From Candidatus Poribacteria bacterium (lineage in GTDB: Bacteria; Poribacteria; WGA-4E; WGA-3G), in NCBI GenBank assembly GCA_965242965.1, contig OZ251518.1, positions 384,001 to 448,000 of the forward strand: a DNA stretch of 64,000 nucleotides, in the 5' to 3' direction. This document shows positions 48,370-58,299 of this stretch, piece after piece. Made by a program: the position numbers and the translations under genes. The notes below the pieces were generated by a model. That model was given only the letters and a program-made list of their open reading frames with translations, was not told where the DNA came from and did not search any database. How positions within the stretch are numbered: position 1 is the first letter of the stretch; each line of letters begins with the position of its first letter.

Positions 48370-49680
48370 ATGGTGAATCACTCAGAAACTTTGTCCGAAC
48401 ACATTGCGAGAGAGGAAAACCCGTTTCTCTCGATTGTTGTGCCGGTTTACAACGAAGAGGAGAACGTTCGTCCGCTGTTTGAAAAAATTCGGGCGGTGTG
48501 CGAGGAAATCTACGTAACCTACGAGGTGTTGTTCGTAGACGACGGTAGCCGAGACGATACCTTCGCGGTGCTTTCTGCATTGCACGAGGAGCTGTGCTCG
48601 CGCTTCCAGAGTGAGGCAGCGGGTGAATCTTATCCGGTAGGCGCGATTTCCAAGCGCGGCATCTTGCGAGTTCTGCAATTTGAGAAGAATGCGGGACAGA
48701 CGGCGGCGATGGCGGCAGGGTTTGAATATGCCCGCGGCGAATACATCGTCAGTATGGACGGTGATTTGCAGAATGATCCGGTTGATATTCCGCGCATGCT
48801 GCGGGAGCTTGACAAAGGCTATGACCTGGTTTGTGGCTGGCGGAAGGACCGGCAGGATAAGTTTTGGACTCGGCGCGTGCCTTCTGTCGCAGCCAATTGG
48901 CTTATCGCCAAAATAACGGGGATTCCGATTCATGACAATGGGTGCTCGCTGAAGGCATATCGGGCATCGATTATCAAACAGGTGCCGCTTTACGGCGAGA
49001 TGCACCGATTTATCCCGTTGATGTCGCGGTTCGCCTGCGCGATAATCACCGAAGTGGCAGTCACACACCATCCGCGTCGTTTCGGGGAAAGCAAGTATGG
49101 GCTCGGCAGAGTATGGCGTGTGATTTTGGATATTATGGCGTTCGTGTTTATCCTCATCAGTTTTCCGGTCCGTTCGGAAGACCCGAGGTTCAGCGCACTG
49201 CGGCGTAAAAACCCGAAAACAAATGTGTGGTTAGTCACGGGGTGCCTCAGTATCCCTTTTTTGATTTTCGGTGGTAGAATCGCGCTGACAGATCCGTTTC
49301 TCCTTCCGATGGCGGTGACGCTTTTGGTCTACGGGTCCTGCATGATTCTCATCGGTTTGATGACGAGCCGGGCACTCACGCGGGCGCAACGTTCGGCGGA
49401 TTTGGGCATGCTTGCGCGGTTCTTTAAGTTTTTCTGTAAGCGGCGGCCAATCAGGGTTTTCGGTCCCATCGGTGTGCTACTGTTCGTGTCAGGTTGCATT
49501 CTCCCGCTGCTGTCCGGGGGAACGCTGATCATCTATGTGATTAAGATGCTCGTCCTGCTGATAGCGTTGATAAAAGCGAGTATCGTGGTGTTCTGGTTCG
49601 GCTTGTTCGGTGAGCTCGTCTCGTTTGCGAATGCGGATAAGGTGAAGGATTACAAGGTGGCAACGTTGCTTGGTTCGTAA
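48370..49680 (+). CDS. GT2 glycosyltransferase (ArnC/DPM-synthase-like) with C-terminal TM helices
   Basis: SIVVPVYNEE, VDDGS.D, MDGDLQNDP, HRFIP, GESKY. Confidence 0.88.
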   Translation: MVNHSETLSEHIAREENPFLSIVVPVYNEEENVRPLFEKIRAVCEEIYVTYEVLFVDDGSRDDTFAVLSALHEELCSRFQSEAAGESYPVGAISKRGILRVLQFEKNAGQTAAMAAGFEYARGEYIVSMDGDLQNDPVDIPRMLRELDKGYDLVCGWRKDRQDKFWTRRVPSVAANWLIAKITGIPIHDNGCSLKAYRASIIKQVPLYGEMHRFIPLMSRFACAIITEVAVTHHPRRFGESKYGLGRVWRVILDIMAFVFILISFPVRSEDPRFSALRRKNPKTNVWLVTGCLSIPFLIFGGRIALTDPFLLPMAVTLLVYGSCMILIGLMTSRALTRAQRSADLGMLARFFKFFCKRRPIRVFGPIGVLLFVSGCILPLLSGGTLIIYVIKMLVLLIALIKASIVVFWFGLFGELVSFANADKVKDYKVATLLGS

Positions 49681-49687
49681 ACGTTGA

Positions 49688-49845
49688 TTGCATCAAGACC
49701 AGGAGGTCTCTCCTACCGAGGGATGCATCGAAACTTCTGTAGTTTGTGATCGCCTGATCACAAACATGTCAGGTCTCTCCTACCGGGGGGAGAATCGAGA
49801 TGCGGGAAGCTATTGCATCGAGACCGGGAGGTCTCTCCTACCGGG
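49688..49845. repeat. Short REP cluster
   Basis: GAGACC-type and TTTGTGATC-type hairpins. Confidence 0.75.
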
Positions 49846-49872
49846 ACGTTGAGACTGGACGGGAAGGAAAGG

Positions 49873-51018
49873 GTGGATGTTTTGGATACGCATGCCGATA
49901 ATTGGCGCGCCGAATTTCCGGTAACCGAAAACTATATCTATATGAACCACGCCGGGGTCGCGCCGTTATCGCGGCGGGTGCGGGAGGCGATGACAGCGTT
50001 TGTGGAAGATGCCACCGTGAACGGTGCGGTTCATGCTGACATTTGGGCAGAAACGGCGGAAGAGTGCCGTGTTGCAGCGGCGCGCTTTCTTAATGCCGAC
50101 GCGGCTGAGATTGCGTTCATGAAAAATACGACGCAAGGGATTCTCATCGCAGCGAACGGTATTGATTGGCGCGCCGGGGACAACGTCGTCACAACGGCGG
50201 TTGAGTTTCCGGCTAATGTTTACCCTTGGTGGAGCTTGAAGGAACGCTACGGCGTTGAGACGCGCATGGTGCCGGAACGCAATGGATGCATCGACATTGC
50301 TGATATTGCCGATGCCGTGGATGCGCGCACCCGCGCCGTGACGATTAGCCACGTTGAATTCGCCTCCGGGTTCCGCAATGACATTCGGGCCATCGGCGAG
50401 TTGTGCCGAGCGCGCGATGTCTGGTTCATCGTTGACGCGATTCAGAGCCTCGGTGCAATTGAGGTTGATGTCAAGGCGGCGCACGTCGATATCCTCGCCG
50501 CCGATGGACATAAGTGGCTACTTGCACCGGAAGGAGCGGCGATTTTCTATTGTGCCGCCGAGAAATTGGAACGGCTCATTAACACCAACGTCGGATGGGC
50601 AAGCGTTGTGAATCCGCGCGATTTTCTTAACTATGAACTGACCCAAAAACCGGACGCGACTCGGTTTGAAGAGGGCTCTTACAACAGCGTTGGTTTGTAT
50701 GGGCTCAAGGCGGCGATTGAATTGTTGCTGGAGGTGGGCATCGCTAATGTTGCGGCGCGCGTTTTGAGGCTGACAGCACATTTAATGGCGGGGTTAGAGG
50801 CGAAAGGGTATCGCGTTGTCACGCCGAAAGCAGATAGTTCGCGGGCGGGGATTGTGATTTTTGAAAGTCCGCGGCATGCGCCTGCTGAGATTGAGGAGCT
50901 GCTTCGCGATGAACGTATCATCACGGCGGCGCGCGGGAGCGGTGTCAGAGTCTCGCCGCATTTTTACAACACGGAATTGGAAATAGCTCGTTTGTTAGAG
51001 GTGCTCCCCGTTTTGTGA
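49873..51018 (+). CDS. Class V PLP aminotransferase (cysteine desulfurase-like)
   Basis: YMNHAG, KNTTQG, VDAIQSLG, GHKWLL, RVSPHFYN; start approximate. Confidence 0.85.
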   Translation: MDVLDTHADNWRAEFPVTENYIYMNHAGVAPLSRRVREAMTAFVEDATVNGAVHADIWAETAEECRVAAARFLNADAAEIAFMKNTTQGILIAANGIDWRAGDNVVTTAVEFPANVYPWWSLKERYGVETRMVPERNGCIDIADIADAVDARTRAVTISHVEFASGFRNDIRAIGELCRARDVWFIVDAIQSLGAIEVDVKAAHVDILAADGHKWLLAPEGAAIFYCAAEKLERLINTNVGWASVVNPRDFLNYELTQKPDATRFEEGSYNSVGLYGLKAAIELLLEVGIANVAARVLRLTAHLMAGLEAKGYRVVTPKADSSRAGIVIFESPRHAPAEIEELLRDERIITAARGSGVRVSPHFYNTELEIARLLEVLPVL

Positions 51019-51073
51019 AACAGGATGTATGCAAGATGCGAGTTGGAGAAAAACAAGCAAGGAAGGGTAAAAA

Positions 51074-52489
51074 TTGATTAGACAGAGACAAAATAACGTT
51101 CGCGGTTACGCGTGCTCCTCGTTCTGGGTGATGCTCGGTTTTCTGGTGATGCTTGGGAGTTGCACGGTGCCGGGTGGCAACCAGAAGATTAGCAAGATCC
51201 GCCTCTCCGTCCAAAATCCGCTGCCTATCCATCGGCAGAATGTTCCGATCGTGCTAACGGGCGAGTATCTCCGGAAAGTCAATTCGGATTTTTCCTTTAA
51301 GGCGTATTCCGTGGTTGTTGGGAAAGCCCCTCAGGAACGGATGCTTTCGTCACAAGCCGATGACTTGGACTACGATGGTGAGCGCGATCAGCTCAGTTTC
51401 TTGCTGGATTTGGAACCGGAGGAGACAAAGGAGATTTCCATTCTTTATGACGCTACCGTGGAGGCGGCATTAACGTTGGAACTCAATAAACAGACGCGGG
51501 CGGGCATTTTTCCGGAACTTAACGCCGTGGCGGCGATGGAATCCAACCTCATTGCGTATGTTTTGAAACCAGACGGTGGTATCGTCGCGTATGGCAAAAA
51601 ACGGGCGGAACTCTTCAGCATTGATTCGGTGTTTCAGTATGAGTTGGACTCGGGGCAGCCGCTTTCCCCCGACTTTCGTCTCCATTTTCAGAGCCATAAT
51701 ATCACCCTCGGTCAGCAGGTTGAGGTGAAGGTTGAGAAGCCGGGGCAGCAGTGGGTATTGTCAGACCTGGCGAATCAAGGCACCTACTTTATCCGCAAAT
51801 CTGAGGAGCAGCTCAACTTTTCCAAATCGATTGGGTTATCGTTGAACGCGCTCACAAATGACGAGGGGCCCATGGTGGCGTTAACGCCAGGGGATGGGCT
51901 CATTGGGTGCGGCGGGTTTGCGCTGTGGGATAAAGCGCGCTCGGCGTTGATTCCGCTGCCGATGGAAGGCGACTACGTCCGAATTCTCGCGAACGGTGCA
52001 ATCCGGTCGGTTGTGCAACGAATCTTTCCGAACTTGCAGCTTGATGGCAAAACGGTCCGGTTAACGTCAACCACTTTCATTTATGGTGATTCGCCGTGGA
52101 TTGAACAGCACATTTATGTGAAGGGCCTGCCGGCGAATTACGCTATCGTCACGGGCATTCCAAAGTTGGGCGGCACATCTGATGCCAATGAAGAGCAGGG
52201 ATGGCTGTGGAGTTGGGGGACAGATCCGACGGGACTCGCTCCTCTCGGTGTGGCACTTATCTATCCGCCAACAGAGGCGAATAAGTTAATTGATACGCGC
52301 CTAGGGGGGTTGTCGTTGACATTGACACCCGATGCGGAGGGGCGGCTCAGTTATCGCGCGTTTGCGATTTGGGGTGGCGGCATTGATGGCATTGATACGG
52401 AGGTTGAATTCGCGCAGCACGTTCAACTTACCGCTACCGCGATGAAGACACCACCGAAGATTAAATCTTTGCCGCCAGAAGAAAAGTAG
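51074..52489 (+). CDS. Putative lipoprotein (DUF4861-like)
   Basis: Lipobox LGSC; SQADDLDYDG..DQL.F, A.ESN.IAY, YGK motifs; start uncertain. Confidence 0.55.
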   Translation: MIRQRQNNVRGYACSSFWVMLGFLVMLGSCTVPGGNQKISKIRLSVQNPLPIHRQNVPIVLTGEYLRKVNSDFSFKAYSVVVGKAPQERMLSSQADDLDYDGERDQLSFLLDLEPEETKEISILYDATVEAALTLELNKQTRAGIFPELNAVAAMESNLIAYVLKPDGGIVAYGKKRAELFSIDSVFQYELDSGQPLSPDFRLHFQSHNITLGQQVEVKVEKPGQQWVLSDLANQGTYFIRKSEEQLNFSKSIGLSLNALTNDEGPMVALTPGDGLIGCGGFALWDKARSALIPLPMEGDYVRILANGAIRSVVQRIFPNLQLDGKTVRLTSTTFIYGDSPWIEQHIYVKGLPANYAIVTGIPKLGGTSDANEEQGWLWSWGTDPTGLAPLGVALIYPPTEANKLIDTRLGGLSLTLTPDAEGRLSYRAFAIWGGGIDGIDTEVEFAQHVQLTATAMKTPPKIKSLPPEEK

Positions 52490-52514
52490 GAGGGATGTTG
52501 AGGGGATGCATCGC

Positions 52515-52700
52515 GAGTTCTACCGTAGGGCGAGGGCCTGTCCCTCGCCATCCAGCGATGCCTCGTGAGTTCTACCGTAGGGCGAGGGCCTGTCCCTCGC
52601 CATGCAACGATCGCGGGGGACAGGCCCCCGCGCTACGGTGAAAACAGAGCCGCCCGCGCAGCCCGTAGGGCGAGGGCCTGTCCCTCGCCATGCAACGATC
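52515..52700. repeat. Short REP cluster
   Basis: Three GTAGGGCGAGGGCCTGTCCCTCGCC copies and one inverted CGCGGGGG hairpin. Confidence 0.8.
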
Positions 52701-52729
52701 GCCAAAAACCGCAAACTGGAGAACCATTC

Positions 52730-53356
52730 ATGTTAAAAAAAGAGGAATGCCTAGAAATCATCGCCAAACATCGCACGAACGAGGTTGTCATCACGACGAT
52801 GGGAATGAGCGTGCCGTGGGCGAAGTTGTCAACGCATCCGCTAGACTACGCCTCTGTCGGCAGTGCGATGGGACATGCCGCCGATTTCGCGCTCGGTATT
52901 GCGCTAGCGAGACCGGAGAAGGAAGTTATCGTGTTGAATGGCGATGGGAGTATGTTGATGTGCCTCGGCACGCTGGCGACGATTACGGGGCTCCGCACGC
53001 CGCCTTCTAACTACATGCTGTTCGTGTGCGACAACGGCACTTACGAGGTTACGGGCAATCAACCTGTCCCCGGCAACCGCGGTTTCAGTTGGCCGACGAT
53101 TGCGACAGGTGTCGGTTTTCAGCAGGTTTATGAATTTTCGGAGGCGGACGCGCTTGATGCTGCTCTCCCGGAGCTCTTGAATCTGAAAGGGAAACGCGCG
53201 AAGGAAGCGGGGCCTGTCTTTGTCAATCTGAAGATTGCGCAAGCGGCGGAGCCGCCGCCAGATCGGTGGGGTGGTTTTCCGTATCCGTATTTGCAAGAAT
53301 CGCTTGCAGAATCCACGCATCAATTAAGACGCGCGCTTGAATGCGATGAGGTTTGA
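52730..53356 (+). CDS. Thiamine-diphosphate-binding subunit (sulfopyruvate/phosphonopyruvate decarboxylase beta-like)
   Basis: SAMGH, GDGSMLM...DNG.YE.TG.QP ThDP motif. Confidence 0.8.
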   Translation: MLKKEECLEIIAKHRTNEVVITTMGMSVPWAKLSTHPLDYASVGSAMGHAADFALGIALARPEKEVIVLNGDGSMLMCLGTLATITGLRTPPSNYMLFVCDNGTYEVTGNQPVPGNRGFSWPTIATGVGFQQVYEFSEADALDAALPELLNLKGKRAKEAGPVFVNLKIAQAAEPPPDRWGGFPYPYLQESLAESTHQLRRALECDEV

Positions 53357-54384
53357 TGATGTCCACGAAACTAGAGAAACGTCGTCTCGGGCGCACGGAG
53401 ATGCGTCCCAATTCGCTTGCACTCGGTGCGGCGTGGTTATGGCGAAAGCCTGATGCCGAAGTCATCGGCGGCATCCGACGCGCGGTTGAGCTGGGTATCA
53501 ACTATATTGATACGTATCCGGGGCATGCGGAGCATCTTTGGGGTGAGGCTTTGTCAAGGTGTCGAGACCGGGAGAGCTCTCCTACTGAATTGCATCGAGA
53601 CCAGGAGGTCTCTCCTACGGGAAAGCATCAGGACCGGGGGATTGCGCCTACGGTATTGCATCGAGACCAGGAGGTCTCTCCTACGGGGACGTTGCGTGAG
53701 CAGATTTACTTGCAGGCGAAGGTTGGCACGCACCCGGAACGGCGGAAGGATTTCTCGGCGGATGGAACGCGGTGGAGCGTGATGAATAGCCTCAAGCACC
53801 TTCGCACCGATTATCTGGATGCAGTGTTAATCCATGACCCGGAGGATATGGAGAGTGTGTTGGCACCAGGGCGCGCGTTGGATACGCTGGTGGAGATGAA
53901 AGCGGAAGGCTATGTGCGGCATATCGGTGCCGGGGTCCGCTCACACGAATTCCATCGGGCGTTCATTGAGACAGGACATATTGACATCATCCTCACTTTT
54001 TTGGACTACACGTTGTTGTCACAATCGGTTGCGGAGACGACGTTGCCGTTGGCTCGCGAGCATGACATCGGCATCATCCTCGCGAGCCCGTTGGGGATGG
54101 GGAGTTTGACCGGGGTGGAGCCGAACGTTGCAGATGAACGTCGGCGTAATCCGGATGCTGAGCCCAAAGCACATGCGATGTGGAAATGGTGTCAGGAACG
54201 CGGCGTGAACATCCGGCATCTGGCGATGCAGTTTTGCCTCGCTGCCCCGATAGATGGCGTTGTGATGTTCGGTCCCGCGGATACCGCGCAAATCAACGAT
54301 GGCTATGAAGCCGCCACTGCCGAGATTCCTCCCGAAATCTGGGAGGCGTTTGAGGCGGAATTTGGCATCACGCGCGGAATGTAA
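53356..54384 (+). CDS. Aldo/keto reductase with in-frame REP array
   Basis: RRLGRT, GINYIDT, SL..LRTDYLD.VLIHD, G.VRHIG, ASPL; 33-bp repeats at 53562-53684. Confidence 0.85.
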   Translation: MMSTKLEKRRLGRTEMRPNSLALGAAWLWRKPDAEVIGGIRRAVELGINYIDTYPGHAEHLWGEALSRCRDRESSPTELHRDQEVSPTGKHQDRGIAPTVLHRDQEVSPTGTLREQIYLQAKVGTHPERRKDFSADGTRWSVMNSLKHLRTDYLDAVLIHDPEDMESVLAPGRALDTLVEMKAEGYVRHIGAGVRSHEFHRAFIETGHIDIILTFLDYTLLSQSVAETTLPLAREHDIGIILASPLGMGSLTGVEPNVADERRRNPDAEPKAHAMWKWCQERGVNIRHLAMQFCLAAPIDGVVMFGPADTAQINDGYEAATAEIPPEIWEAFEAEFGITRGM

Positions 54385-54415
54385 GGAGGGCTCTCCTACC
54401 GCCCGCGTTTTAACT

Positions 54416-54681
54416 GAGGGTGTTTCATAAATCACTCAACGTCGCGGGAACAGGCTCCGCGCTACGGTGAAAAAAACGCCGCCCTTCACGTAGGGCGAGG
54501 GCCTGTCCCTCGCCATGCGTTTTGGTGTCAGACCGCATCACACCTGTAGGTCAAGATCGCCTGATCTTGACCCGTTTGTGATCAGGCGATCACAAACTAC
54601 AGAGGTGGGCCAAATGCCTTCCGGTATTCGCCCGCCCGCCAAGGCAGGATAAATACCGAAACGGAATTATGAAACACCCTC
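54416..54681. mobile_element. TIR-bounded REP-mosaic element, copy 8 (266 bp)
   Basis: Perfect TIRs; flanks TTTTAACT / TTCTAACC may be a decayed TSD. Confidence 0.85.
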
Positions 54682-54683
54682 TT

Positions 54684-55487
54684 CTAACCCCCTCTCACTC
54701 CCACTGCCAATTCCGAGGCGAACGCCTTCACCGCCGATAACAATGCAGCTTCATCGTCCTGATGTTCTTCAATCACGTTGACGATGGCACTGCCGACGAT
54801 GACACCGTCGGCGACTTGCGCGGCCTGTGCAGCCTGCGCAGGCGTGGATACACCGAAGCCGACGCTGATAGGTTTGTCCGTGTGCTTGCGGAGTTCGGCT
54901 ATCATCGGTGCGACTTCCTCGGACAGCGTTGCCCGCGCCCCTGTTACCCCCGTTAACGAAACGCAGTAGACAAACCCGGTGCTGACAGATGCGATGCGTT
55001 GCATCCGTTCCGGCGGGCTTGTCGGCGCGACGAGGAAAATGGTGGCGAGGTTATATTTCGGCGCGGCAGCTAGCAGCGGTTCAGCTTGTTCTGGCGGCAG
55101 GTCTGGGACGATGACACCGTCAACGCCTGCTTCCTGTGCGGCTTGGCAGAACGCCGTTTCGCCCATCCGGAAGATAGGGTTGTAGTAACTCATCAAGGCG
55201 ATGGGGATGTCAGTCTGCTGACGGAGCGTTGCCACTTGTGCCAAGATTTGCTGCAGCGAGATGCCGTGTGTGAGCGCGCGTTCGCTGGCGCGTTGGATGG
55301 TTGGCCCGTCTGCAATCGGGTCAGAGAAAGGCACTCCGAGTTCGATGAAGTCTGCGCCTGCTTCCTCCAGTGTGAGTAGGAGTTTGCTCGTAAGTTCAGG
55401 CGTTGGGTCTCCTGCACAGAGGTATGGCATGAAAGCGGGTGTCCCTCGGCTTTGGAGTTGCTGGAATTTGTGGTTGATTCGGTTCAT
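54684..55487 (-). CDS. trpA: Tryptophan synthase alpha chain
   Basis: ELGVPFSDPIADGPTIQ, MSYYNP, PDLP, GVTGAR, VGFGV, GVIVGSA. Confidence 0.97.
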   Translation of the reverse strand: MNRINHKFQQLQSRGTPAFMPYLCAGDPTPELTSKLLLTLEEAGADFIELGVPFSDPIADGPTIQRASERALTHGISLQQILAQVATLRQQTDIPIALMSYYNPIFRMGETAFCQAAQEAGVDGVIVPDLPPEQAEPLLAAAPKYNLATIFLVAPTSPPERMQRIASVSTGFVYCVSLTGVTGARATLSEEVAPMIAELRKHTDKPISVGFGVSTPAQAAQAAQVADGVIVGSAIVNVIEEHQDDEAALLSAVKAFASELAVGVRGG

Positions 55488-55521
55488 AGTTGTGGAATTT
55501 TAAGTCTTGCGAACCAGAGTG

Positions 55522-55836
55522 TTACATCTGTTGCAGAGCGAGATTTTTCTGAAACCGCTCAATTGCTTTTTCAATGCGTCTTCTTTCGTCAGGAATCTCT
55601 GATTCCCGGACCCCGAAAGCACGTCTCAGGGCAAAAGGAGGCACTGGACTAATGATCATGTGGCATCGTCCGCACAGCGTGATTAAATTGGACAAGTCAT
55701 CTGTTCCACCTCGGCGACGTGCTTTGATGTGGTGGACTTGAGGGGACTTGGGGGATTTTCCACATGCTTGACAGATTCGTTTATCTCGTCTAAGCACGGT
55801 GGCACGAATTGCCTGATTCATGGTTTGCTCCCTCAT
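55522..55836 (-). CDS. Small HNH endonuclease
   Basis: RD..CQACG, VHHI..RRRGG..D.SNL.TLC.RCH. Confidence 0.85.
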   Translation of the reverse strand: MREQTMNQAIRATVLRRDKRICQACGKSPKSPQVHHIKARRRGGTDDLSNLITLCGRCHMIISPVPPFALRRAFGVRESEIPDERRRIEKAIERFQKNLALQQM

Positions 55837-56099
55837 GCTTCCGTTCGCGATTTTGCCGAAGTGGCAATGCGTTCAGTTACCCATTCCTGCACCAGCGTTG
55901 CGGGTGAAGTTCCGCGGGCGTTCGCGAGCGTCTTCACCACTTCCGCTTCGTTGGGGTTTAATCGCACGGTGACTTTGGTTTCAAAAACGGGTTCGGTGAC
56001 TTCCTCGAGTTCGTCCTCAAAATCAGTCAGATCGTGCGTATCCCAGAACTGCGCGAGTTCTGGGATGGAGTCGGTTTGGGGGATTTTGGAACGGTTCAT
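55833..56099 (-). CDS. CopG/BrnA-like antitoxin
   Basis: E.A.FWDTHDLTDF followed by RHH-like VTVRL...A..RG....L...W. Confidence 0.75.
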   Translation of the reverse strand: MNRSKIPQTDSIPELAQFWDTHDLTDFEDELEEVTEPVFETKVTVRLNPNEAEVVKTLANARGTSPATLVQEWVTERIATSAKSRTEA

Positions 56100-56124
56100 T
56101 GGTTCCTCCGCTATCGCTATGAGA

Positions 56125-58173
56125 TCAGGAGACGTTTTCCTGGAACCAATCCAACGACGGCCAGATTTCGTAGAAATAAAGGATTAATTCTTCCGCCCTC
56201 TCGCGAATTTCGTTGACATCCCATCTGTCATGCCTGTATATCTCCTTATTCAGTTTCAAGCGTGAATGCTTATTTAAAATTTTTTTCTTCTCGGCGAATT
56301 CCTTATCGCGCAGACGGGAGTTGAGCTGCCGTGTGACGAGCGTTAGGTTGCCTATACTTTGTAAGAAATCATCTCTCACTATCGCCAAATTAAAAGCATG
56401 CAAATAGGATTCTTTAGCCAACGCATCCCTGGAAGGTCTTCCGAAATTTGCCTTCTTCACTTTATCGGCATCAGCAAAGAATTGCGGGTTTTTCACTATA
56501 TAGTCGTCAGTAAAGAGTTCCTTGTAGTGGAGTAGAACACCCGCGTCTCCAACTTCGCTGTTGAGATAGAGGCCGTCCTTTTCGCGGACGATAGTTCCGG
56601 CGACTGGTAAACACCAAGTTTTTTTCCAATTTTTTGGCATTACGTGTTCCAAGGTAAAATTAGCGTCGTTAAAAACTGCAGGTTCTGTGAACTGGTCTTC
56701 ACTTATTTTCATCTGTTCAATCCGGTACAGGATGTAACGAATGAGTCTTATTTTGATTTGACCTGCTGTTTCAAACCAATGCCTATGCAACACAGCTTTG
56801 ATAGTCATATTGTCGGGAAAAACGACAGTATCCTCGTCAGGAAAGAGTGTTGGAGATTCGTCGTATTGAATGTGCAGTGCAGGTTCAACCTCATCATCAC
56901 TGGGATGCCTTAGTGTATCTGAGGTTTCCTTAACTAGGCGTTCTATGAATTTTCCAACACTAAAATCTTTTCCAAGTTCTTTAACGAGTTTAGAAAAGAA
57001 TTGGTTGAAATTTTTCACGCCGCCTTCGCCGCGACAGCACAACATACGCCGGATTGTGTAAGACTCCAGAATATCAAAGACGTGCTGAAGTGCGTCCCCG
57101 GATAGTCTTACTTCGCACGTTACAAATAAGATAAACGGATGCAGCGTTGTGAGGTTGAAGATTTGATAAAACTTCATTCTCCGACCGATTTCCGAATCAT
57201 CGTTGCAATCGGTCATTTCCTGATAAATCTCTGAATATCGCTTTAATTCGGAAAATTCGTGTTCTATGCCGAGGCAGTTATCCTCTAGTCCCCGACGATA
57301 CCGCCGCTGATACGCCTTAAACTCCGGTCTAACCTGCTCTGTTCCTAGTTTTGCCATGAGAAAGTGCTGGAGGAAGAGTTCGGAGGAGGTTCCCGAATTC
57401 TTTACTTCTGGATCCCAATAGGGAGTCTCAAAGTGTGCCCAGTACCGGTTATAGAATGTGTCTCTGTCTGCACCAGCCCTCAGAAATAGGTTATTCCGGA
57501 GTAAATCAAATTCAAGCAGACGTTTTCCTCTTGCATTGATCGACTCAAATATCTTTTCGGGTTCATCATCTGGACCCAGCGATATTTGAACCAGACCAAA
57601 GTCATGCAGAATTGAACGAAATAGGGCAAGTAATTTCTTTTTTTCGCCGTTCGCGTAATCCGCAATCTCATTTTTGAAATAGCAAAATGCTGAATGAATG
57701 CGGCTATCACTAGAACCTGCAAGTCCCTCAACTAGTGATTGGAATGCCTCTCTATCAAACTCGGTTGGAACAAGTTTATAGCGCTCATCTTCACTGAGCA
57801 GCATCCCTGAATTCTGTATGTAGAGGTTTACGTCGTTTGCAATGTCATCATAATTGTGTGCTTTGGATATATCTTTCAGCGCACAAAAGATAATTTGAAA
57901 CGTTGTAAGACGTTGTTGCCCATCAATAATTTCATATTTTGGGACTGTCCCGGCACTTGTCATCACTTGTTGGATGACGATGGCCCCAGTAAAATGGCTA
58001 AATTCTTGAGCTTGGTATTGTGAGGATTTTCGGTGCAATTTTCCTACAATATCTTCCCAAAGTGGTTGCCACTGATCCTCCCTGTTCCAGACGTAATGCC
58101 GCTGGAAAAGGGGGATTCGGAACTGCAAATTTTGTCCAAACAAAGAAGCTATCTGTAATTTGGTTACGTCCAT
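56125..58173 (-). CDS. GmrSD-type (DUF262+DUF1524) modification-dependent restriction endonuclease
   Basis: IPLFQRHYVW, IDGQQRLTT, FESINARG, TLEHVMP, IGNLTLV..LN; visibly AT-richer than its neighbours. Confidence 0.88.
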   Translation of the reverse strand: MDVTKLQIASLFGQNLQFRIPLFQRHYVWNREDQWQPLWEDIVGKLHRKSSQYQAQEFSHFTGAIVIQQVMTSAGTVPKYEIIDGQQRLTTFQIIFCALKDISKAHNYDDIANDVNLYIQNSGMLLSEDERYKLVPTEFDREAFQSLVEGLAGSSDSRIHSAFCYFKNEIADYANGEKKKLLALFRSILHDFGLVQISLGPDDEPEKIFESINARGKRLLEFDLLRNNLFLRAGADRDTFYNRYWAHFETPYWDPEVKNSGTSSELFLQHFLMAKLGTEQVRPEFKAYQRRYRRGLEDNCLGIEHEFSELKRYSEIYQEMTDCNDDSEIGRRMKFYQIFNLTTLHPFILFVTCEVRLSGDALQHVFDILESYTIRRMLCCRGEGGVKNFNQFFSKLVKELGKDFSVGKFIERLVKETSDTLRHPSDDEVEPALHIQYDESPTLFPDEDTVVFPDNMTIKAVLHRHWFETAGQIKIRLIRYILYRIEQMKISEDQFTEPAVFNDANFTLEHVMPKNWKKTWCLPVAGTIVREKDGLYLNSEVGDAGVLLHYKELFTDDYIVKNPQFFADADKVKKANFGRPSRDALAKESYLHAFNLAIVRDDFLQSIGNLTLVTRQLNSRLRDKEFAEKKKILNKHSRLKLNKEIYRHDRWDVNEIRERAEELILYFYEIWPSLDWFQENVS

Positions 58174-58299
58174 ATTTAACTCCCCGTTGTTCGCTGTTTT
58201 CGCTAGTTCCGAAGGATTTCCGAAACGATTAGAGCGGCTCTAAACCGATTGGTGCGCCAAACGGAAAGTTCGCCGACGCGCTAAACCCCATCAATTTCA

